A stretch of 64,000 nucleotides of DNA from Paragordius varius (taxonomy: Eukaryota > Animalia > Nematomorpha): positions 8,246,001 through 8,310,000 of the forward strand of contig OZ176052.1 in NCBI GenBank assembly GCA_964247055.1, read 5' to 3'. Both the position numbers and the translations under genes were made by a program. The notes below the pieces were generated by a model that worked only from the letters and a program-made list of their open reading frames with translations, made no database searches and was not told where the DNA came from. Below, one piece after another: positions 53,661 through 64,000 of this stretch. The first letter of the stretch is position 1, and each line of letters opens with the position of its first letter.

Positions 53661-55231
53661 TCTATTTTCCCCCACGTATACAATATATTCGTATGAAAGC
53701 ACCGTTTTAAATTCCTTTAAAATCATTTTTAAATAATGTTTCGGAATAATCCACATATGTGGATCATTTTATTGTCTCTTATTTTAAATAGACCCCCCCG
53801 AAAGTCCGAAGCACGAGATTTACGCTAGTTATCAATATTATAACAGGAATATGAAATACCGCTGAAGATATCAGTACCTCAATATAAAAAGTATAAATCA
53901 AATTTTTGCTTCAAATTATACATCTATTATTCAGAATTTAATTTAAAAATAAGCCATATCGAATAAAAATAATTTTGCGCGTTTGCGGCTTATTTTTAAT
54001 ATTAACAAATTAATTATTTACTGATTCTCTGGTTTAATTTTTACAATATTCCATTATTTAAAATTTAAATATATATATAATATAGATCAATGGTACTCAC
54101 CAAAAAATATAAAGGAGTAAAAAAATTTGTCGTATCAAGGGCCATAATACCAAGAAAATCTTTATAGCTGTTTTACACACTGGCAGATATTTATAATCCA
54201 AATTGGTACATCGAAAAAATTAATCGAAAAACATAATTTTGGCCTATATAAATGCGAAAATTCAAATGATACATATTGTTAATTTGAGCAGTTTTGGCAT
54301 TCTTTTAAATCTATGCTTTTTCGGAAAATTGATTTAATTTTATAATATGGGAATGTCTATGAGATTAATTCTCTATTTATCTCCATATTTATAATTACAA
54401 TATACCCGTACGAGTTTCCGTTTTTGTAATCGATCATGTGTATTAAAAAGCATTAGTGAGAATGTAAATATAGTTTTTCTAGACAAAACCATTTAAAATT
54501 ATATTTGATTTTTTTACTATATATTGGGTATGTTGGTAAATTATTAATTATTCGTACACCTATTTTTATAACCAGCCAAAAATTTTCTTGTAATTTGCAC
54601 AAAATACTGGTAAAACCCTTGTCTTAAGAAATTGCGAAATTTAAAATATCACCAAATTTAATTGATGTTATTATTAAACAATTCAATTATTTTCGGTTGA
54701 CTAAGCCACATATGTTTGTGGAAATGTTTTTTGTTTAAAAGTATTTTGCTTTTTTTTATGTTAAAATTCTCCAACCAGATTACAAATCGCTTGGATGAAC
54801 ATGGCAAAAGGTATAAATGTGTTTATTAAACATGGAATATACTTTGATATTTTTATTCTCGAAATATTTAAATTTTTCGAATGAATTATAAAGTATATTT
54901 TTAAATAAGCGAAATATATTTATATAAATTTCCTAGAATTTCAATGTTTTTCACATTAAGTGTTTTTGAATGTGATTCATTTCATATAATGTTTTAAACA
55001 ATATTGATAAACATTAGCAACTTTTCTACGAATTACCTAAAAAGGATGCGAGTGTTTTATAGAATTATGTTGTACTCTCATCACAGATTAAAATGCCCGT
55101 AAGGAAATGTAATGCCTAATTTATGCGTCCAACATCCTTATAAACGCATATATAAATTTGAAACATTTCTTAACTCTTATTATATTTTCATAAAAAAATT
55201 TTTATTATAAAAACAGTTTGCTTGCTAAATT

Positions 55232-58200
55232 ATGTCATCCTCGATTCACAAATGTTTGCCAATAGTATTAGTTATCGGATTAATTTTATTGAATTCCATC
55301 ACGTCACAGAAATCGAAAAAAAAAATGCCAACTCCATCCAAACCTATTAAATTAAATGTCACTCTCTCTGTTAATACGACGAAAAGGAAAGGCAAATCCT
55401 TTTATCCCTATGATGAATACAGTCTTGTGACCCGAGATATTGAATGTTCGCAAAAGTAATTTTATTTTAATAATATACTTTGTATGTTCTCCAACATATG
55501 GTTTTTTGTCTAGTAAATTACCTTTTTTAATTTATTTAATACTCTACTTGGGTTTTTAGACCCCAAAGGCATTTAAAATATCTTAAAAAACATTATGATT
55601 GGTCCGAATTTTAAAATATGCTTTTTATAGTTTTTTTTTAAAGTTTTTTAAGAATTGAAAAATAAATAAAAAAATTTTAACTTAAACTTTTCTCCGCCAT
55701 TATCGTTAGATCCTATATCTATGATACAAAATGCAAATGAATGGATGTTTGAAAATTTAACAACGATATTTATTAATGTTAAATAAGCTGTTTGTTCTAA
55801 GCGGGGTTTGGGATCCGAATTCTGACTAGATATAACATATAAGCTTAAAACAGGGAACATTATTTAATATAAATTTTGACAAAACTTTCAAAAACAGTAT
55901 TTTATTTACAGTTTAAAAGTTTTAAGATACAAAACTTAAATTTTAAAAATAGATTAAAAAAGCTGTTTAAGGCGACATAAAATGGAGCCAAAAACGGAAG
56001 GTTAAAATCGCGAAATGTGTTTGGAATTTCTGCATTTTTATGCAAATAATTACGATAAAAATTATGGTTTATTATATGGCTGGTTTTTTTCCGTTCTCTG
56101 AATAATTATTATTTTTATAAAAAAATTGGTATAATTTTCACACCCAGTGTCAAAAACTATGCCATATACCACACTTTTGAGAACAAAGTTTTAAATTTAA
56201 GTCGTATATTAAATATTGATTATTAATTGGCTACAGTATAGATATATCTATATATATATATTAATATAATAATTTTTTAGAATCAAAAAATCCATCTACT
56301 ACAATGGATACTGCAGCTGGTATGTTTTATGCATTTACACAATATAAAACAAACCTTGCAATATATTTAACATGCTTTTCTTGTCTGAAACATATAATTA
56401 AAAAGGTCCATATAAATATATGCTGATGAATTAGATTCATATTTGGAAAATTCATGATTATCACGGGTTTTTGATCTGAGCCCTTATTAGTAATTCAAAG
56501 AGTTATTTACGCTTTTGTGGTAGGTGCTTGTCAGAAAATAGCAAAATTTGCGCACATTTTGTTAAATAAAATTTTCTTGAAAGCTAAAGGCTTCATTCCA
56601 AAACAGCAATAAAATATATGAACTATACATAAATAGCCAAACAATATGGTTATAAAATTTTAATTTTTAGATGTAAAAACTCCAAATTCCCTTCTAAAAT
56701 GGGCTGGTTGGCTAATGAACGCAATAAAACTAGGATTGGGGGATAAAAATTTTAGTTGCTAAATTTTGACATCAAATAAAAATATTGTAATTAAAAATGC
56801 ATACTTTTTTTAAAATATATAAAAAAATTTGTTAAAGCGTACTTCATATTAATTCAAGTCATGATAGAAACGGTATAAAAACGCTTTAAGATATTACACT
56901 TCTACCTCGATAATGCTGTCTATCACCTCACATTTTAATTTTAAGGTTCGTTTGCATTTAAATTTCGATAAATGTTTGTAAAAACACAATTTATTTTTAA
57001 CATAAATTTGAAATTTAAGAATTTTAAAATTCTGAGGTGATAGAAATATCCAGCATCATCAAATTATCTAGAAAAAGTTTTATATATCGTTCATGGCTTA
57101 GAGTAGTATAAACTAAGCTTCAACAAATATATATATATATATATATATTATATATCTAGGATATTTTTATACTGTAATATCCTTTTTAAAATATGGCTTT
57201 TTTCCTAAGCTGTCTCATTTGCCTTAATGTTTTTATTCTAACTAAGGGAATCCATCAGCACCATAAAAAAACTACTTAAAAGCCCTTTATAATTTAACAT
57301 TGATATTTATCTTTTTATTATTTATAATTTGAGAATATGTAAAATTTTTGGGTTGATTTACGCTTAAAGAATTTTCTATGCTTTAATTAAAGGTTGGAAG
57401 CCAGTGATACTATATTTATAAGTATTTACACTGGTTGTAATACTAACTATAACTAAATAATTTAACTAAAATACATTATATACATTAATCGTTTAAACAT
57501 GACACTAACATTTAAATCTGATTTTTATATAAATATTGAGATTAGGAGTCACTATGTAAGGGGCGGGATAAGTCTTTAATGATAAAGGATAGTAAAATAT
57601 TTACTTAATAAAATGGCCGATATCTTTATATTTTAATTTAGGGAAGGAGTTTCAAGTGAACTATTTCTTGAAAAGCAATTAGTCACACATGTCAATTTTA
57701 AGGATGAAAATTTGTTAGTTTATCGAAGTAATAGAGTTTATCAAGAGATATATGTCCCTACTTGCAAGTAATTTATATATACCAAATAATATACCATTTA
57801 CAATTCAAATTGACCCTTAAACAATTCAAATTTACCCTTGAACAATTCAAATTCACCCTTAAACAATTTAAATTTACCCTCAAATAAAATATGTTTCTAA
57901 GATTCAAAATTACCAATATTTTTATATATTTTTAAAAATAAAAATTTTGTTTTAAATTAAAATAATACCGAAAAAATAAAAAGCTATGCCATCAAGATAT
58001 ATTTCATATTAATAATGAGTTATATTAGTTCGAATAAACATAATTTATTTTTAGGGTGAATTTGAATTGTTCAAGATTGAATATAAATTGTTCGAGGGTG
58101 ATTTTAAATTGTTCAAGAGTGAATTTGAACAGTAAGTGGTATATATTATTGATTATTGATTAGATTAATTATTAGATTAATTAACAAAATTATAACACTT

Positions 58201-60534
58201 TTAAATCAGGGATGCGCAGCATTTGGGCTGCCGGTCGAAGTCACTCTGAGAAGTGCGACCTCCAAAAATTTTTATAGAGTAATAAATAAATGTAAAATTA
58301 TATAATTTGGTAAAATATGTATGTTATTTCCTAAAACTTTTTAAAATTGGAAGAAAGTATTTTTTTTGAGTTACATCATTAAAGTTAATGTCTTAATATA
58401 TTTTATATCTATTAAAACACAATCGATTCTTTCGTAAAAATTAAATTATTTAATTAGGCCAGTAATTTATATATATCTTTTTATTGGATTAAATCTTGGT
58501 TTTTAACGTAAAAATTATGATTCTGTTTGTTATAATAATATCTATTCAAATTATACACTAAGAGCTTCTCCTAAGTATATACATAAAGAGGTGGAAAGTT
58601 TTATTATTACAATGGTTAAACCTATCTAAAAATTTACTAGTCCTCTAAGATAAAATGTGTTGTCTCATTGAAGAATATTGCTAGAAATAATTAATAAGTC
58701 GATTCATAACTGGTAATAACTCGAATGAAAATAAGCGAATTATATGGAAAAATAGAAAGTCATTTATTTTAAAGTAATGTGTGCCTGATTACACATATCG
58801 AGGTAAAATTGGAATCGACCAATGGTGAAAATATATTTGAGTAAATTTTGGCAGCTGTGATGCACTATTTATATGAGTATTTTAGGCCAAAAAATTACTC
58901 TTGTACGTAAAGCACACTCTAGCTATCATTCTTTAAAGTCGAGCGCACATTTATATATCTTTTATTTTTCTGAAAGATTGTATTAAACTCATGCGTAAAA
59001 AGGTTGTTGCAAAAAAATTTAGCAAACGAAAATTAAAAGTGGTGTGTAAGAATAAAATATGGGTTTTACCTGGGTTTGGAAGCGGTTCAAAAAAGTGGAA
59101 ATGGAACCGAGTCGGTTCCTGAACAAGTGGAACCGGAACCGCGTTAGTTTAAAAATTTTGCTGTTCAGGAACCGGTTTTTTACATTCAGAAGCGGTTCCA
59201 TTTTCGGTTCCTGACTTTTAATAAAATATTTTACAAAATTATTATTATAATAAAACCAAGATATTAACAATTATAAATAAACAATTTATCATAAATTTTC
59301 AAATGTATAGTAGAAATATAGCGTAGCATAATCAATTAAATAAATTAGAAAAATATAATAGGAAAATGTATAAGTACAAAGGTATAAATGAGAGTTACAT
59401 TAAGTATGTCAAAAAATCTTTATTTAAGTTTAAAAAATTGCACCTAGCAATTGGCTGATCAAACTGCTTCTCAGGTCTGAAAATAGAAAATTAAGGGTGA
59501 AATACGAACATATGTACTTCAAATAAACTCGACTTATGACCATTATTTTTTTAATGAGCCGAATCGCCCAAAATTTAGATAGTATCGCTAATATAATATT
59601 AGGCGCTTAGTTTTAGGTTTGAAGTATGTAATATGTAGTCGTACAATCAAATTTAAATAATAAAATAAAATATTTATAATAAAAATCATATGGGAACCAG
59701 TAATTAAGCCGCAGAAACCACCGGGTTGGTTCGTGACGGTTGGTACAGGACGTTGGTTCCATCCCAATGAAACCGGTTCTTGTTAAAATCCCAGGAACCG
59801 GGTTCGGGTTCCATGCGGTTCCGGTTCCCCCTGGTTTTAACTTTTCAATCTTACCAGAAACGCAATTAGACACAATTCATGCAGACCTAGAATGCATTAA
59901 GTTTTAAACGCCTGTAATTTAAAACAAAGTAATCTGTAAAAAAATTAGATGTGAATTCCATAAAATGTTACCAGAAAAAACCAAATCCATATAATCCAAT
60001 CAATGAGTTAAAGATAAATATTTAACTACTTACTTTTTTCTTTTCTAAATTATTATTTAAATATGAATGTATTATTTGTAATATTTTACTAGGATTTAAT
60101 ATAATTATTTGCAAATTATACAACTTAAGTTTTAGTTGGTTTTAATTTTTCATGGGACGGATAAAACCATACAAAGTGCATGTAGCCGCGTGTTATTCAT
60201 TCTGCTAAGATGGATTTTTTTGTCACACATACAGATATGGAAGATAAAAATTTTATTACATTTTAAACTTATAATAAAAGGCAAAATAATTAATAATGGT
60301 ATATAATGTATTGTACAGATTATAGCCCTAATTATTAACTGTTTTCTTACCGTTTCTAGTGTTGGAAAAGAATGTTATATTGGATTGCGTACAGGTAGAA
60401 TAGAAACTAAATATACGGAACTCCATGCTGTTCAGTTGTATTCCGCATACCACAAGTGTTTATATGAGGCATCACTAATGCTTGAATGCTGTGAATGTGT
60501 TCCCCAACATCAATGTATCATAAAGGTATATTAA
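55232..60534 (+). CDS. Putative secreted cysteine-rich precursor, about 145 aa. Exons: 55232-55455, 56281-56319, 60360-60534 (3' end uncertain)
   Basis: Signal-peptide-like CLPIVLVIGLILLNSITS; basic sites KSKKK and KRK; phase-2 GT-AG joins give ...RDIECSQK|IKKSIYYNGYCSC|VGKECYIG...HKCLYEASLMLECCECVPQHQCIIK(VY*). Alternative downstream acceptors exist at 60582 and 61560. Confidence 0.55.
57794..58139. mobile_element. TA-flanked MITE with 20-bp subterminal tandem repeats
   Basis: TA|CCATTT...AGTGG|TA; arms of (AATTCACCCTTGAACAATTC)n in inverted orientation; related fragments at about 14345-14400 and 18070-18460. Confidence 0.7.
59060..59890. repeat. GGAACC/GGTTCC-rich clusters, probably subterminal repeats of non-autonomous DNA transposons
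   Basis: Dense GAACCG/CGGTTC motifs at 59080-59215 and 59690-59830; similar motifs at about 19250-19410. Termini not resolved. Confidence 0.45.
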
Positions 60535-61999
60535 TTGGCATGGAATGAAACCCGTTTATTAATTATAAAATTATATTTTAGCTGAACCATGCAAATTTTA
60601 GCATGGTATATATAAAATTATCACAAAACTTGTGTTTTTTTCGTTATAAAAGTAGGACCGTATTTTTACAATAAAAGGTTTTAAGGGTCTATTATATAAA
60701 AATTGTAGTGACTCAAATTTTTAACCAAAAATATATTAAATTAGTGTGTGCCGATTTGGCGATTATTTTTTGTGTTTTTGTCCATTTTAAAAATTACGCA
60801 AAACTTTTTTTAGCTTAATAACATCCTAAAAATCTGGTCGATAAATAATTTACAAAACTAATAATTTAGATAAAATTTATAATATTTTATGATAATAATA
60901 AAAATATATTATACAATATAAAAAAATAAAAATGAATAAATTTAATTGTTTTATTATTTTTGGCTCATTTAAAGGGTCCTCCAATAATAACGCTAAGTTT
61001 GTGGGAAGGTGTGCCTTAAATTTGAACAATTAAATTGTGCCATATTTAAAAATCTGTGAAGTGCTGCCTGACGATCTACATGATTCAGTTAGTGTAGAGG
61101 CGCCGTTTATTTGAAAAAGTTTATTTTGTGTCTGGGGGTTTATTGTGGTAAGTATATTATGGGCCCAATTTAATTTTAGGTAAAAATGCTAAAATACTAA
61201 TTGACTTTCCCATTCTCCCTCACAAATTTATATCGAGGATATTTTTATTATTCTAGTAGGTTATACAGGTTGGTATTTTTGGCAAGCCCAGTATTGAAGA
61301 TGCTTCACTTTTTAAATAGATTAAAACATAAGCAAATGATAAGTATTGAAGAAATATAGATTAGCAAAGCGTAAACCATTTAGAATTGTGTCAAGTTTTT
61401 ATAAAAGTATTAATATTGTTTTAAATTTGTTTTTGGTTATTTTCCTATGAAACCTAACACCCATTTTTCTGATTAAAAAAACTAAAAATTTCTCCATATT
61501 AAAATCCTAATATATAAGTTACATATTTAATTTAAATAATATTTATGTTTTATTAACAGGAACCATCGAGCCTATCATGTCGGTATTGTTGAAGACTATA
61601 TCAACTCAAACCATTATTTAATTTTATTAGCATCTAAAACTAATAAATTATCATGTTTTGAAGTTTTCCGGTATTCTTTTTAAAATATACGTAATAATAT
61701 TAACAACAAAAATATTGATCCCAAACCTATTTATTAGTGATAGATTGAAATTAATATTTCATAATAAAATAAAATATCATTATAAAAATGCGGTATTCAT
61801 AGTAAATGATTGTGATTTGTGATAACGTGCGCTAATTGTGTACAATTATGCAAGTGCGTGTGTGTCATCACTCATATTTTCTTAAGTTTCTTGGAATCGA
61901 AAATTTTACGTTTGCGTGAAAAAATGTTTCGTTTGGTTAAAAAATTTTGCGTGGATAAAAAATATTGCTTTTGGTTGGAAAAGTGTTGTTACTACTCCA

Positions 62000-62720
62000 A
62001 ATGGTTTATAAGCAGCTTTTTGGATAGGCTCTAATTTATGTAACAATCGTCCAGGTATTTCCTTAATAAAAATTGAATATCCGATGCTTATTAGTAACAC
62101 TCGGTAGGGGTTTATTTGTAAAATAGAACACCGTATAAAAACAAGTTGGTTAGGAAGCTATCTAATTTCCAGACAACCTTGGCGATTGTAATCATGCTGG
62201 GTGATTCCATATAAAGGCATATTTTGGCCTTGCGCCTTTTATAAAAACCCTTGGGTAGGGCTCTAAGCAAAAATACTCTATTATGTATTTTTCAGAAAAT
62301 CTTCCATAAGAAATATAAAGGTTTCAGATATTTCCAGTATAAAGGCAAATTAGCTACTCTTAAATAGGATGCTGGGTAGGGGCCAACCCTCTGTATTCGA
62401 TCATAAAATGAGCTGACTCTAAACAAATTTTCCTCCAAGTTACGAGACTATATAAAATCAACGAAATGTAAAAAAAATTGAGTGCTTTTTTACAATTATT
62501 CCAGGGTAAGACCCCACTCCGCGTTAAATACCATATAAAAGTGCTTAGAAGTAAGTTTTTGGATGATTTATGAGATCATGTACTGCGCTTTTTTTTATAA
62601 CTGGGAGGGGGCGCTCTTCTGTCTCGGTAAATTGCGAATCCACCATTAAATTAGCTTCTGGGTAGGGAAAACCATCCTATACGTTATCATATAAACCATA
62701 GACGCATACATTTTCTGGAT
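62000..62720. repeat. Degenerate tandem repeat with a GGGTAGG core, period about 120-155 bp
   Basis: GG(G)TA(G/A)G cores near 62102, 62253, 62374, 62504 and 62659; related sequence at about 24180-24280. Confidence 0.45.
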
Positions 62721-64000
62721 TTATGGCTTATTAGGCATTTTGTGTTTAATGGCAAAACATTAAATCTTGCGCTACTTTTGTAACAACGCGTTAGGATCAT
62801 ATTATTTGTAATTGTATATAATCCCCAGATAAATGTAAAAAATTAGCTTTGAAACACCAAAAAACGGGGGGGGGGGAGGGGGGGCTATTAGAAGGTTATT
62901 TTTTATAAATCGTGATATTTTTTGGAATTAGCCCCTGTATTTAGTTCCCTCGTACGATAATGTTGCCAAAAACTACCTAAAATTATTTTAGCCAATTATA
63001 AACATCAAATACATTCATGGTCCAGCGGATGTCTTATAAAGGTAAGAATTATAACTAACCTACATTTTAATTAGATTTTGGGCAGAGCCGCGTTGGAGGA
63101 AAAAGCCTTTTGAAACAAAAATTCGATATAATATTTAGGGTGCATATAGTAAAATCAATTTAATCTTAGTAGTATGTTAATTATGAGAGGTACAAATATA
63201 CTGCTGTGATTAGCGCCAACCCGTGTATAAAGACAAAACCATCGATAGTCGCCAAAAATGAATAGTATTTTACATATTGGAGAAAGAGATTGAAAACACT
63301 ACGTTCCTTTTCAATCCAATTTTTTGGACCTTATTTCGTCACTAGAATAATCTATATCAAAAATATAAAGCTGGCTTTAAGATTACGGAAAACAGAGAGG
63401 CCCATTCAGATTCACAATTTATTTTGTTTATAAATTTAATACGCCGAACGCAGTTAAGCCATTTTTTTCAAGAACCAGCTGTAATTAGCCATTCTTACCG
63501 TAGAATCATATTTTCCAAAAAACTTAGTCTCCAAAAATATTTTTATCATTATTTGAAAAACATGTAAGTGATTTGATTTTCCGGAAAACGTATCGTATTT
63601 AAATTCAATCATAGGTCTTCCTTTTTCATGCACTGATTTTAGCAGAAGCATTATTTTAATTACGATTCTATATTTAGTCCCACCTTGTAAAGGCAAGTTT
63701 TGGGCAAAAAACCTCCATTCATCGTCATTCGCAAAATAATAAATTTCACATTTGCGGGAGAATGGCAATATTAGATATTACCAAATATGTCATATATCAT
63801 TATTGTCATCTATATTACATGCCAAATTTTGAGATAAAAATGACCTCCTCATAAGAGAAAATTACTTGCAGAATGCGAAAGCAAATGGGCGCTTGGTATT
63901 ACCAACTGATATTAAGCAGTGAGTCAATATAGCTAGAAAATATTCAATTTAATAGATGGTTAATAATAGTTTTGCATAATCAATAAGATAATATTACACA

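Noticed and set aside
58563-58590. SPKYIHKE segment resembling a Trunk-like PRYI motif as an extra exon of the Cys-rich gene
   Set aside because: Both available acceptors create an immediate stop when joined to the phase-2 upstream exon.
63454-63768. 104-aa minus-strand ORF
   Set aside because: Non-ATG start, no recognisable domain, flanking frames full of stops.
1-64000. CRISPR arrays, rRNA or tRNA genes, or an alternative genetic code
   Set aside because: Repeats lack unique spacers and the locus is eukaryotic; I recognised no rRNA or tRNA; reconstructed genes end at TAA/TGA with no in-frame stops, consistent with the standard code.

Overview
Very AT-rich eukaryotic DNA, most likely an invertebrate animal, read in the standard genetic code. 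I reconstructed four spliced genes by hand: a 5'-partial HMG-CoA reductase (+, 342-8131), a complete 26-exon MSH5 (-, 14127-22004, 843 aa), the cytochrome bc1 hinge subunit UQCRH (-, 26126-26465) and a core-1 beta-1,3-galactosyltransferase C1GALT1 (+, 31975-40776). There is also a probable secreted Cys-rich precursor (+, 55232-60534). The rest is dense with transposon debris: hAT/Buster elements with 8-bp target-site duplications (TSDs), TTAA-flanked piggyBac-like MITEs, TA-flanked MITEs, a foldback-like element, RTE LINEs and Gypsy remnants. The standout observation is a class of ultra-short GT-AG introns. 17 of 25 MSH5 introns and 1 of 2 UQCRH introns are only 22-31 nt long (18 introns, mean about 25 nt), yet they sit beside TE-filled introns of 0.3-4 kb. 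No intron in my models falls between 32 and 52 nt, and +5G is rare at the donors. MSH5 is almost invisible in the ORF track because of these micro-introns. All gene models are manual and have no transcript support; comparisons with human, bovine, E. coli or Drosophila proteins are from memory and need alignment.
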